Source: Octopus sinensis (taxonomy: Eukaryota). Taken from it: a stretch of 64,000 nt of DNA. Made by a program: the position numbers and the translations under genes. Below the pieces are notes generated by a model. It searched no databases, was not told the DNA's origin, and saw only the letters and a list, made by a program, of their open reading frames with translations. Shown here one piece after another: positions 11,036-24,239 of the stretch (positions are counted from its first letter, which is position 1; every line of letters starts with the position of its first letter). The stretch is taken from assembly GCF_006345805.1 (NCBI RefSeq), contig NC_043009.1, positions 16,554,001 to 16,618,000 on the forward strand, read 5' to 3'.

Positions 11036-13652
11036 TGAATTGAAAAGACATTTATCAGTCATAAGCAACAGCTCCACTATTACATTAAAAAAAAAGTTTG
11101 CTCTTCATCACTCTGCAGGTATAAAAAGTGAAATTGCCAGGTATCAACTGATGAATATAATCAAACAATCAAATAAACTTCCTGATTGACCTTTAGGGAC
11201 CAGTGACTAATCTCATCCTTACACCTCAGCTTATACTATAGGCATATACTGGGCATATGCCTATTGTATATATTGTCCCCTCACCCAGTTATCCTTATTC
11301 TCAGTATATGCTGTTGTCTTTTCCCAAATTAATTCAATGAAAATACAAGCAATCCTCGGTTGATTTCTAACCAATTTTTTTACAAACAACTGATACAGCC
11401 TTTCCTTTCCAACATTGTGCCTCCTCACTAAAAATGTTAGTTTCTACTTCATCTAACAGCACACCAATATGTATCCTTTCAACCTTTTGTTATACTTCCC
11501 AATATATCAGATTGACCAACGAATTAATTATTCAATCACTTTGAAATATTGTTTGTTCCTACCCTCCACTCATTCACCTCTACCACCAATCAGTGCCATT
11601 GTTAAAACAGTAACTAAAACTTTTATCATAATGGTTGCCACAATAATGGCACTTCCACCCCCTATCTCATCACTGACTTTTTAATTTATATACATATATT
11701 ATATTGACCTTCCATGGTGTACTTTTTCATTATTGGATACTTTACTACCTTACTAATTACATTAATCAGGCTGCCCAGTAGGCCCTCACCTGTAGACTCA
11801 ATTGGTAATCATGGTTTCTTTATGTCTTTTCAAAGAACTTTATAATCAAATATTTCTACATTTTGCTCCAGAAATTCTTCCATTCTAAATCTTACAAATA
11901 CTACAGCAATAATAATGATGATAATTTGTTGATTTTATTATGAAATAAAGCCTGGAGCAATTAAAATACCAATATCTTGCTGAGGGAGATAACAAGATGC
12001 CTGCTGTATAAATATGGGCTCCAGGTACCCAAACCAGATGTCCATTACCTTTTTACATGGTTATTGTGCCTCATATAATAATAATTATAATAACTTATTT
12101 TGTGTACACGTCACTTTACTATGAAATATATTTGAAGAAGACATGAAATTTGTACCTAAATTTTCCTTGTAAAACTTCTAGCCAATCTTTGAATATTTAA
12201 AAATGAATCACTGTTAAGTATTTTTTATTGCCAAAGCCCCTCCCACACAGTTGTTCTTTGTGAACTTCAGGTGGTTGACTCTCATGCACAGATATACATA
12301 TTCACACTTGAAGAAGGATGATTGACTCATAATTGTTTATTTCTATTTTTGTTAATTTATCATCTTTCATGGTCAACATTTTCTCTGTGTTATTAAACTT
12401 CTGAATTTCAGGAAAGATTTTAAAAATAATTAATAAAATAATTTTAAAAATAGATTTGCTTTTTTGTTATCTTTAATTTAAGCATTATCCTCGATCTTTA
12501 AACCACTTAACTCAGAACTGTGGTGCCTACAATGTTTGGCTATATCCCACAAGCTCATTATTTCATTCTGTTACTTGTTTCCGTTTACCATGAGTGTGGG
12601 AACGTAATTTGCTTAGAGGTGCTGACCCAATTTTTCAGGAGGATGTTCAAAGCATTTTCATCAACCCCACCACAAAAAAAAAATTAAAATTTAGTGGGTG
12701 CACTTGCACTTCCTGTACCTGAGCCTATGCCATTTACTGCTAGTATTTACCTCTACATGTTCTTTCTGTATCAATTTTCAACAATTTTACATTGTACTTC
12801 CTGAAAGCATTGGCCATGATTTTTACTAATATGTTGCATTAAAAAATGGCCATTAAGCAGGTGAACATTTTGCTTTTTAGTAATGACGGCAAGAAATTAG
12901 TATCGCTTTAATTATGACCGTGAGTGATTTTTTTAAAGTGAATATAACCTGGAAGATGGTGGGGAAATGTTGAGGTCCAGGTGCTAGAAGATTTAAACTT
13001 TGTTTGATCCAGTAATAAGACCAAATAATCAATCATCTAGATTATTTGACCTTGTTGAAATTTGAACTCCCAACTATGATATAATCAGTTTGCAATTATG
13101 AGTATCACACTACAGTGTTGTGTGATTTATAAATCAACCAATCAACATGAAACTGGTATGATATGGCTTCTCAGATATCCTAAAATTCGTCTTTTTTTTA
13201 ACCTAGTTAAACACAACTAACTCGGTTAGCTTTCAATCAAGACAGGTCACAATATACCTTAATCAGCCCTCAACAAGACACTGCAGTTCTCTTCTCCAAG
13301 CTTTAACAATGTCCAGCATTTATTGTATCTGCGTTCCCCACATCCCAAATAACAAATCTTTTCTGCTTGGCTGCTAAGATTTAAAAAAATTAAAGTTTAT
13401 CAAAATTTTTTTAATTTGGTACATTAGTGTAGTTTTCCAAGCTGAATTGCTGGAGTTATTTTGTCTTTTCTTGAAAAATTTTTTCAAAAAGTTATAGAGG
13501 TTTAAAGTTCAATCATTTTCACCCAATCAGAAAACAGGATTTGGAAACTATCATTTTCTGTATAACTACATTTTATCAACATCCTGAAAATAGCAAGTGT
13601 TATCAATATTTGTATTCTACATGCAAAAACGAGTAAACATGTCTTTTGTATG

Positions 13653-13794
13653 TTTAAGCACTCAATATGCATTTAATACAATAAACATCACATTACAAAT
13701 TAAATATTTTTAAAAAACAAACATTTAAGCATTCAATCTGCATTTAATGCAATAAACAGCACATTGCGAATTAAGTATTTTTAAAAAACAAATA
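13653..13794 (+). repeat. 71-bp tandem duplication, each unit containing AATAAA
   Basis: tttaagcactcaatatgcatttaatacaataaacatcacatt... versus tttaagcattcaatctgcatttaatgcaataaacagcacatt... Confidence 0.85.
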
Positions 13795-14156
13795 TTTTGT
13801 TAACCAGTTCATTGAAAATATAAGATAGAAATACATTCAAGCAATTTCTCAGACGAAATCACAATTTTCATATCTCCTGTACCACATAAATTCATGGAGA
13901 TATGAATCTACCATAGAACAGTGTGTGCCACTGCATCGTTCATTACCTCCACTTGTATATATATATTTCCAAATATCGGTTCCTAGTATAATATGGAGCA
14001 GCTTGTAGCATGTGGCCAGTAAAATCTTATACGAATCACAAAAACCGAAAGCTGTAACCTTACGAGCTATTAACCACTCACACATTCCCATGTACAGTGA
14101 GAAATCTCAATTTGCAACACCAATTCAAGTGTTTTCTTTTTATTGTGGATCTTCCA

Positions 14157-14600
14157 TCTCTATATATAAATGGCAAGATGTATGTCTGTGTGTGTGTGTA
14201 TCCTTTATACAAATCCACAATTTTTCAGTTAGAGGGCTCGCACTTTCTATGGTCATTCAAAACCATCCAAGGGTGGTCGTGCACATCTTTACATTTCCCC
14301 AGTCACCCCACAAAGCCATTCAAAAATCAATAGAAGTACTTTTTTGTGAATTTTCTATCCAAAATCCAAACAAAATGCCTGAAACTTGATACGCCAATTG
14401 AATGCCAGCTAGCTGTAAGTGATTGGTCAGAGATTTGGACAGTACTCGCGTGTATGTGTGCACGCATGCAGCTGTATATGCATGCACTAGCACTGACCCG
14501 AGTGCTAGAATCCTATTATTGGTGCAGATTTCCTACTTTGCTTTGACTCTGAAACGTATTTGTCAGCACATGGTATGAGCATTAAATCTGCCACTGTCAC
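14157..14600 (+). mobile_element. non-autonomous Helitron-like 5' portion
   Basis: Begins aTCtctatatataaatggcaag followed by a gtct/gt microsatellite, a typical Helitron/Helentron 5' architecture; 3' end not identified. Confidence 0.45.
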
Positions 14601-14669
14601 TCCTCTTTCTTTGTATCCTCTAAATCTAATCATCATCCCGCAATTCTAAAAAAATTTCCAAACATTACT

Positions 14670-15572
14670 TGCACCATTTTTGATAACAGGAATCCAACGC
14701 ACTTGGACCACACCATGGACTAACAAAAAATAGCTCAGGACAAATTTAGCCACCTGTTGAACCTCGTAACAGTTTGTCCCTCCAGTAGTAATTGGCCTTC
14801 TCCACTAGATATGGTTCCCAAGATAACTGAGGGAGATTAGCATCACCATGGAGACTACAGAGACTGAAATGCTTTGACTGTTCCTAATAAATAACCAATT
14901 CTTCATATCTGTGATTTCTCAGCTTTACATGGTTGTACTGTTTTTTCGAAAATCAGTTTTGTACATGCCTATAATCAGAGTCCCATAGAATCTGCTGCTG
15001 TCCCAAAAACTTTTTTAATTACTCTTTTTGAATTTCTTAAAACACCTTTTAGTCTTAGAAATGCAGTGAATACTTTCCAAAGATTTATTGACGAAGTTAC
15101 TCATGGTTTAGACTTTGTGTTTCTCTATACCGACTTGTTGATTGCTAGTTCTACAGAAGAGCAGCATGAACAGCATTTGCACAGAAGGGTGTCGTAATTA
15201 ACTCCAGTAAATGTATTATTGGTGTTTCTTCTATCATGTTCTTGGGACATATTGATAAAGAGGGAATCCAGCCATTGAAGGAAAAAGTAGAGGCGATTAC
15301 AAATATTCCTGTTCCTACATCACGAGGAAGTTACGAGAATTTTTTGGTCTTATTTATTCCGCACTGTACAGAGACTATACATCCACTAACAGAATTAATA
15401 CGTAATCGTAAATGGGAAAATGAAACTGTTTCTCCAACAGAATTAGTCTTTTAACATTAAAAAATAACTACAGTTACCTTGCTAACCCATCCAATACCAG
15501 ATGTACCCCTACCACTAATGTGCGAATCGGAGGAGTACTGCAGCAATATGCCCAAAATTCTTGGCCACTAGC
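14670..15572 (+). pseudogene. degenerate Ty3/Gypsy RT to start of RNase H
   Basis: Broken reading WPSPLDMVPK...LHGCTVFSKI...PFSLRNAVNTFQRFIDEVTHGLDFVF...FLGHIDKEGIQPLKEKVEAI...GVLQQ; many stops and frameshifts. Confidence 0.8.
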
Positions 15573-15629
15573 ATAGCCAGAGTGTGTACCACCCCAGGCT
15601 GGGGGAGCCAGAAGTGGAAAATTGAAGGG

Positions 15630-18000
15630 CGCCAACTGTGAACATTAAGAAAAAGAATAATAAAATCGGAGTGTGTGCTGAATTTTGCCCTGGGTTAAAG
15701 GAATGTCTTAAAATGTTTAACTATGTACTATCTGCCCCAGAGAATATTTTTGTGAAATTAAATGGTGGCATGGATATTTTCTAAATTGGAACTCTCTGAC
15801 ATGTATCTACAAATTAGAGTAGACGATAAATGCTTTAAATACCTAACAATTAACACAAAGGACTGCATAAATACTACAGTTTACCATTTGGTTTAAAAGT
15901 TGCACCAGCGATTTTCCAACTGATTATGGATGCAATGTTAGCAGACTGAATTTGCAATTCCATATATGGATGATATACTCATTAAGAGTGAATCCAGGTA
16001 CCAACATGTAGAGCACATAAAATATGTGCTCAAAAAAATTAGGGATTACGGCTTTACTTTGAGTGAAGAAAAGTGTGAATTTTTCTTACTGAAAATAAGA
16101 TATTTAGGACAAATCATTGATAGAAATGGATGTTGGCCAGATCTGTCAAGAGCAGACACAATTAAAAATATCCCCCCTTCAACAAATATTGTGATTATAC
16201 AAGCCTTTTTGGGACTGGCAAATTATTACCAAAATCATATTCCAAATATGCATAAGGTGAGGGTTACACTGAATAATCTGCTAAAAAAAGATGTGACGGA
16301 ATTGGTCAGAAAATTGTCAAAAGGCATTTGACAAAATAAAAAAATATTAACATCTGATTTGTTGTTAGCGCACTTTGATCTTGCAGCAGAAATTTTTGTA
16401 GCTTCAGAGGCCTCTAAGTACAATATAAGAGCAGTAATGCTACATAAATAGAAAGATGGTAACATGATGGCAGTGGTTCATGCTTCCCATTCTCTGATAT
16501 CAGCAGAAAAAATTATAGTCAAATCAAAAAAGAGGCCATAAAAACATTTCATAGATTTTTACATAGAAGTTTGCAACATCCCATGGGTCAAAGAAAAAAA
16601 TCCCTACCCATACTGTTAATAGGTTGAAATTCTGAGTACGATATTATTAAACTATGATTTTTAAGATGGAGTATATACCATCCAAGAAATTAGGTCACAC
16701 TAATTGTTTATCAAGACTGATTTTTAAAAATGCCGAACCATTTGAAGATACCTTGATTGCTGCTTTGTGAGCTGAAAATGAAATTAAAGATGTTTCATGT
16801 AATGTCATACGTGAACTACCAGTTATTTTACAAGACATAAAATCAAAATTCTAAAATGATAAATTCATTTAAAAAATGAAAGAAATACTGGAGTGATAAA
16901 AACATACACAACACAAATGCAAACCATTTCACAATGTGTGACAACATGTTGATGTACACACAAAGAGTCACAGTACCAGTCACACTACAAAAGCAATTAT
17001 TAAAGGAATTTCACATTGGCCACCCAGGGATTTCATGAAAGAAATCGTTAATAAGTTATGTATATTGGCCAACAATGGACCATGACATTGAAGAATCAGT
17101 GAAAGCATGCAGTGGGTGTGCCTTACCTGCAAAAAGCTCCTACACTAACCATGGCCAAAAACAGATATTTTATGCTCAAGACTGCATGTTGATTATGCAG
17201 GTCCACATAAGGGTGCATATTATCTTGTTGCGAAAGACAGTTATTCAAAGTGGCTGGAAGTGCATAAAGGTAAAAAACTGACATTTGTGGTTAAAATAAG
17301 CTTTTTACACAAATTGTTCGCCACTTATGGTATTCATGAAACCATTGTATCTGGTAATGGAACTCAGTTTATATCAGACAAGTTCAGAAAATCTTGTAAA
17401 ATATTCATCATTGAACATTTCACCACTGTATCATCCTAGGTGAAATAGACAAGTGGAGCGTTTTGAAGAGGGCGTTGGAAAAGGTAAACAATGAAGTAAT
17501 GGATGAACTTGCACTGCAACAATTTCTAAGAGTGTACCGAATAACACCTAATTGGAATGCCCTATCTGGAATGTCACCCACAGAATTAAAGTTTGCTTGA
17601 AAGATCAGATCCATTTCAGATGAGTTGATACCGAGTGAAAATAGAAAAAAGACAAACAACAAAAACACTTCAAAATTCTTCAAGTTAGGTGACAAAGGTT
17701 TTTTAAAACCTATAGATATGGTAAAGAAAGCTTGGTGGATGGTGTAATTATTAAACAAATTGGAAGGATGTCATTCCTGGTAAAAGGGGAAAATGTCAAA
17801 CATAAAAGACACATGAACCAACTTAAAAAAAGATTCACAGAAAAAACAGTCATGAGAAATAAAATCCCCATGGAAGCATTGTATGACCCGTTTGAGATAC
17901 AAACACCCAAACAATTTGAAACTACCCATTCTAGCACCAGAAAACGGAAAAGAATGGAAACACTGGAATTGAACCCTAAGAGTAAGAGATATTAAAACTC
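15630..18000 (+). pseudogene. degenerate Ty3/Gypsy (Mag/K02A2.6-like) pol: RT, RNase H, integrase
   Basis: LPFGLKVAPAIFQ, YMDDILI, EKCEFFLLKIRYLGQII, QAFLGLANYY, HIGHPG, YWPTMDHDIEESVKACSGC, RLHVDYAGP, IVSGNGTQF motifs in RT-RH-INT order; disrupted. Confidence 0.88.
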
Positions 18001-18048
18001 CAAACAAAAGGAGAGATGCGAGGGGAGACTAATTCTAAAAAGGGGAGA

Positions 18049-18243
18049 TGTTGTGGAAGGATTCCGACAACTCACCAAGTGACTAAAGGTGGACTGACTC
18101 ATTGTTATAAAATAAAGAACTGTGAGCAATTGGCAGTTCACCATGAGCCATTGGCAGAGAGTATTGACTCTTGTGTAATAGTAACTGTATTGCATCATGA
18201 AAATATTTCTTTCTCCCTGCTTTGTTAAATTACATATCCAACA
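18049..18243 (+). repeat. 3' LTR of the Gypsy element
   Basis: Polypurine tract AAAAAGGGGAGA immediately upstream; TGTTG...CAACA termini. Confidence 0.65.
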
Positions 18244-19941
18244 CCAGGATATAAAACAGTCCAAAAAGTGAATTGTAGATGTGCAAAGGTAATCTTTCTA
18301 ATATACTAACAATACTTACTATGAGTCAGTTCTCAGTGAAACATTTTATACAAGCAAAATCCCATTCAATTGAGGTTCTTACATACTAAGTCAACTGTGA
18401 TTCAGCAGATCTCTGATTAAAAGTATTCCACACACAATTCAGTTTATCTTGCTAAACACAATGAATCTAGGACTACATTACTGAATGTGTGCTTTCTGTA
18501 TTAATACAGTGGATATAATCTGAAAAACAATTTGACGGCTATGGCTATCATGTCCAAAAATCACACAGAGCTTTGTCACTGGTTTACTATCACCACCCCA
18601 ATATATATCTCAACCTTTTGGCAAAGAACAGAGTGTAGTATATGTATGTATGCTTGTATGTAAAGTTACAATGGTTCCCTGTAAAGTGAGTTTTCGGGGG
18701 GGGGGTCTTCAGTAGTAAACACTTTTCACTGTTTAGTCAAATGAGGGAAAAAGTACCAATGAATCTTTACAGGGTCTCTAAGAATGGTGGGAGGGAGGAA
18801 AATGGTATCCATAAACAGGGGACCTGGCTCAGGCAACAAAATAAGCCTATCACCCAAGTAGGCCACAGCAGAATTTGAACTTACATACAAAGAACTAGAC
18901 CAAGTATTGCAAAGCATCCTCTTTGATGTTCTAACTATTTCACCAAGCCATCACCCAAGACTAATATCATAATTATCAACTCAAGAAGGCAGGTCCGTCA
19001 CCAGACTTTGATGCCAGGAGGTGCTTCAGAATATTCTGGGTAGGAACTAATTTGTAATAATGCTAAAGTAGAGCTTCAAAGTTAGTGTATCATTGGAAAT
19101 CTGAGGGTGCACCATTGAATAGTGAGGAGGCAGTGCCATCCCTTGGCAATGGGTATGCAAGAAGAACAAAATACAAAGTTGATCTTCATCAGATTTGAAC
19201 TCACAAAACAAAGAGTCAGAATAAATACTGCTAGGTATTTCAGCTGCCTCTTTAACAACCCTACCAATCTATTTCCCCTCTTCGGTGTTTCTTTAAGGCC
19301 TTCATAACTATTAAATCTATTTTCTGGCTGCTGCAGGTCAAGATCTTCATTCAGTAACAACTGAACTGAATTACCTCTGCTCATACATTTGCTGCTCTAC
19401 TTGACTCACATGAAATCTAGTTCTGAATAAAGTTTACACCTGGTTTAATAACCACATGGAATATATGTAGAATAGAATGGTGGAGTGAGAGAGAGTGAGA
19501 GAGTGGAGGGGAAGCAATGGATCCTCTTCCTTTCTTCTATTCCTTTAATCCTTGACTGGTTTTTGCCACAGAAGTATGGCCAAGCGGGGACACTGCAGTC
19601 ACTATACCAACTCCAGGATTCATTTCACTTTGATGTTTATTTTGATGATTTTTATTAGTTAAACTAGATGTGGACAAATTATATATATACATATATATAT
19701 AATAAAATACAAAATGGGACAAGAACACAAAACATCTGGACAACTAGGTGATATATATATATATATATATATATGCATATACACACACATATAAATATTT
19801 AGAAGATTTGTTTGTCATAGCCGGTCAGAAAGTGACTGTTGGTTCTGCACCTATAAGGAACTTAGCTGTACAGAGGACTCTTCAAACTCAAATGGCAAGA
19901 GGTACATAACCTCTCCTTTGTGTATATATATATATATATAT

Positions 19942-20093
19942 ATGTTTACGTCCCCGTCACTTAGCGGTTCGGCAAAAGAGACCGATAGAATAAGTACTGG
20001 GCTTACAAAGAATAAGTCCCGGGGTCGATTTGCTTGACTAAAGGCAGTGCTCCAGCATGGCCGCAGTCAAATGACTGAAACAAGTAAAAGAGT
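19942..20093 (+). mobile_element. SINE family A 3' half between (TA)n runs
   Basis: Close match to the family A tail. Confidence 0.85.
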
Positions 20094-20615
20094 ATATATA
20101 TATATATATTTATATAGCTAGATAGATAGACATATGTAAGCGCATATGTATATACATATAGTTATATATATGTATGTGTATATACAATAAGAGGCTTCCA
20201 AATAAGAAAGCAATGTGCTAGAAAGAGCAGTAGAAATCTCAAAACCACAAGAAAAAGGATAAATTCTCGAAAGGAATGAAAATTAAAAACGTTTACCATC
20301 TCAATAACTGTATATGTGTATATATTCATGCAGATATATATATATATATATTATATATGAGTTAGAGATTCAAGTCAATCAGGTACCTAAATAGTAAAGC
20401 ACCAAGTTCAGGTCAAAGAAATAGCAATCATTACAGACTAGGTTAACTAGGGCAAGTGAATTGTTGTGGCTGAAGCTAGTTACACATAATGTTGCTTCTT
20501 TCATGTAGATTCACCTGAAAATGGTTTTCTTGCATGATGAAATTACTTTATTCATCAATAAAAAAAACTCGTTTGAAACAGCTATAGTCAATGAACCAAT
20601 TTCCATCTGTTATTT

Positions 20616-20897
<282 letters not shown>

Positions 20898-21054
20898 TTA
20901 TGAAATAACATTCTTGTCTGAACCCCTGTATATATGTTGCGGCTTCTCCACCTACTTCAGTAAAAGTCATTGTTACATCCTTATAAATAATCCATCAGTT
21001 TGAAAGGGATTTCGCTTTTGTGCTTGGTCTGCAAGATTCTTTATGCGAATTCAT

Positions 21055-21271
21055 ATTTTATTATGTCTGGAGAGAGTCATTCTCTTTTAGTGCCTTTATC
21101 ATTTGACACACTCACTGGTTGGATTGCTACTCATTTATTTATTTTTTCTAAAATTTTTGCAACGAAAATTTTAGAAAAAAATAAATAACTAAATGAGTGG
21201 AAATTGAACAGGTGAGTGCGTTAAATAATGAGGCACAAAAAGAGAATGACTCTCCCCAGACACAATGAAAT
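21055..21271. repeat. fold-back (inverted duplication) of a non-coding repeat family
   Basis: tgtctggagagagtcattctcttttagtgcc...ctaaaatttt versus aaaattttag...ggcacaaaaagagaatgactctccccagaca, centred near 21160; same family as 57591-58516. Confidence 0.8.
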
Positions 21272-21683
21272 GGGTTTATATTTCAAGAAGCGTGTTGTGT
21301 AATAAGATACCTGGAGTGAATAAGCTTAACACAAAATGTTTTTATAGGTTGTGAATAAGTAAGGTTGTTGAAATTAACACTTAGTCATCTCCAAATAAGA
21401 AAAGTAAAAATGAATAAATAAATAAATATATATATGTATAGATACATATATACATTTATATATAATATATTAATAAATAAAATAAAACATATGCATATAT
21501 ATAAACATATATGTACGTACCTACCTCTACATGTACATATACACACATATATGAGTACAGGACACCAAAAAGGACGTCGAACACAATGAGAAACGAAAAC
21601 ATAAAAAATAGAATACAGGACAATTAACACAAGGAAAAAACCCTTCTTCAGTCGCTAAAGCTTTCATATATGTATAAATATAT

Positions 21684-21723
<40 letters not shown>

Positions 21724-21724
<1 letters not shown>

Positions 21725-22477
21725 GACCCAGGAAAACCTGGGACGAGGTGGTGAAGCACGACCTTCGAACTTTAGGTCTCACTGAGGAAATGACTAGAGA
21801 CCGAGACCTCTGGAAGTGTGCTGTGCGCGAGAAGACCCGGCAGGACAAGTGAGTCCATAACCCGTGGCCTTCTACATGGGATGGAGCCAGCCTACGTATG
21901 CATACCTTCCCTTCTTGGGACACAAAACTCTACTTGTGAAGACGTGATGAGGCAAGTGAGGATCAGAATCGAAATCGATCAATGGAAATTGCGGATGTGC
22001 TACCAGTGCCGGTGGCATGTCAAAACTCTGCTTGTGAAGACCCGTTGAGGCAAGTGACGATCAGAATCGAAATCGATCAATGGAAATCGATCAATGGAAA
22101 TCGATCAATGGAAATTGCAGATGTGTTACCAGTGCCGGTGGCATGTAAGAGAACTTTCCGTTTCGCGACCGTTGCCAGCACCGCCCCGTTTCGTGTCCGC
22201 TGCCAGCCTCGCCTGGCCCTCGTGCCGGTGGCACATAAAAAGCACCATCCGTTCGTGGCCGTTTGCCAGCTCTGTCTGGCACCAGTGCGGGTGGCACGTA
22301 AAAAGCACCCACTACACTCACGGAGTGGTTGGCGTTAGGAAGGGCATCCAGCCGTAGAAACACTGCCAGATTTGACTGGGCCTGATGAAGCCTTCTGGCT
22401 TCACAGACCCCAGTAGAACCGTCCAACCCATGCTAGCATGGAAAACGGACGCTAAACGATGATGATGATGATGATGA
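21724..22477 (+). mobile_element. RTE-clade LINE 3' end: ORF2 C-terminus, 3' UTR and (GAT)n tail
   Basis: RPRKTWDEVVKHDLRTLGLTEEMTRDRDLWKCAVREKT then stop; repeat-rich UTR; ends cgctaaacgatgatgat; inserted in (TA)n. Confidence 0.85.
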
Positions 22478-22555
22478 TATACACATACATATATATATAT
22501 GTTTATTTATACACATACACATACATATATATATATGTTTATTTATAATACATTC

Positions 22556-22603
22556 AGGCCTGCTGATGATTACGTAAGTATGAAATCACTGTGATACAGG
22601 CCT
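22556..22603 (+). ncRNA. type I hammerhead ribozyme motif (minimal, dimer-type)
   Basis: AGGCCTG-CTGATGA-T TAC GTAA GTA T-GAAA-TCAC T GTGA-TA-CAGGCCT: perfect 7-bp stem I, intact core, short stem II, palindromic stem III. Confidence 0.75.
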
Positions 22604-22863
22604 ATATTTTTAAATGTCTTACTTTGAAAAATTGCATTCGGTGGGATTAGTAATATTTTTGGTAGAAATGACTGATTGTCCCTCCTAGCGTTTGGCATGT
22701 ATATATAATGCCTCCTGGCATGTATGTATAATTATGCCCTCTATATATAAATTAATATGTTCAATAAGAAATAATTATTTTCGAAATTTTTTCTCTTATG
22801 AGGTTTTTACGCTATCTACCTGACAATTTCTTGTTAAGTTTTCCTTATTAAGTAGTTGTCCTT

Positions 22864-22929
<66 letters not shown>

Positions 22930-22987
22930 CATACATACATACATACATACATACATACATACATACAGACAGACAGACAGACAGACA

Positions 22988-23021
<34 letters not shown>

Positions 23022-23067
23022 TATAAATGAGGATAATATCGATATTTAAATATCATTTTTAATTATA

Positions 23068-23099
<32 letters not shown>

Positions 23100-24142
23100 A
23101 ACAGAGCAAGCATAAAATTTAATTAAGTTAATGCAAAACAAATAAAATAAAATTAATCAAGTTAAATTGAATTAAATCAAACTAGGTTAAAAAAAATTAA
23201 TAGTGTAGCGGGACCTGTGAATGTTTCATGGATTTAATGGTAAACCTGTCGGGTCATTTCTGAAAATTTTATCCAAAAAACCTGAAAGCCTAACCTATGT
23301 TGTGTTTGTATCAAAAGACAGTTGCTCATCTGGCACTCATTGAGAAGTAAAGGAAATTGGAAAATGATATATACTTTATATACTTTATGCACAATTTTTT
23401 AATACACAGCACTCGTAAAATAAATATTCACTCTTATTTTTCCATTATCCACATAAGTAAAAAAAAAAAAATTACATTTTAAAATTTACATTGTCACAAT
23501 TTCATACTTAGAAAACAAAAAATTTACAATAAAAAAAATTATTTTAGATGTAAAATATAAGGATCACAATCTCATGGGAGTAAAAATTTAATGCAACATG
23601 GCATACTCTGAAAACCACATTGTTGGTAAAATATTAGCCAAGATAATAAGTCAGAGCCAATGCATATTTCAATTTGTGTACACGTTTTAATTCACCACCA
23701 CCACCACCATCATCATCATCATCCCCATCATCTCTCTCTCTCTCTCTCTCTGTGCCTTTCTTTAACCTCACCATCAGAACATCACCCCGCTGCTAAAGTT
23801 ATACGCCTAACTCTCTTCCTCTATATCACTACCTTCAACTAACATTTTTAATCACATAGTAAATATTGCATTCCCACTGCCTCACATCATGGACAGTTCT
23901 CCCTCCCTATTTTTCTCTCTCCTCTCTTTCTTTCTCCTTCTTTTACTCTCTCCATCTTTTTATTCTTTCCCCAATTACTTCTTCTAATACATTCTAAATT
24001 ATAGTAAACTTGACAAGGTATGCATTACTTTCTAAACTCATTCTGCCAGAGATATGGCAACACAAACAATGCAAATATTTTGAGTTCCATTATTGATGTG
24101 AATATGTTAAAGTTGTGGTTTTATCCTGTATGTTTGAGGTCT

Positions 24143-24239
24143 GTGTGGTCATCTGAAGAGAACGGTTTCTTTCAAATGATGTAATGTCTTAATTAATCAA
24201 TTAAAAGAGTCACTTGAAACAGCTGTAATGAATTAACAC
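24143..24239 (+). ncRNA. type I hammerhead-like motif with long stem II
   Basis: TCAT-CTGAAGA-[imperfect long hairpin]-GAAA-CAGCTG-TA-ATGA; stem I extendable by GTGT/ACAC. Confidence 0.55.

Larger units (their letters stand above)
9916..13800 (+). other. probable long 3' UTR
   Basis: Repeat- and microsatellite-poor AT-rich stretch after the stop codon, with several AATAAA hexamers, the last two near 13680 and 13751; dense TE relics resume after about 14150. Confidence 0.45.

Noticed and set aside
11140-11185. CTGATGA hammerhead core candidate
   Set aside because: No downstream GAAA or helices.
18680-18720. Minus-strand CTGAAGA-C10-GAAA
   Set aside because: No stem II or stem I pairing.
19082-19384. 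100-aa minus-strand ORF
   Set aside because: Partly overlaps a degenerate SINE B-like sequence; no recognisable domain or convincing splice sites.
21930-22320. CRISPR-like repeat spacing
   Set aside because: Degenerate tandem modules of an RTE 3' UTR in eukaryotic DNA; no unique spacers or cas genes.
22375-22415. CTGATGA in the RTE tail
   Set aside because: Point variant of the family sequence (ctggtgca/ctgatgca in other copies); no GAAA or stem III.
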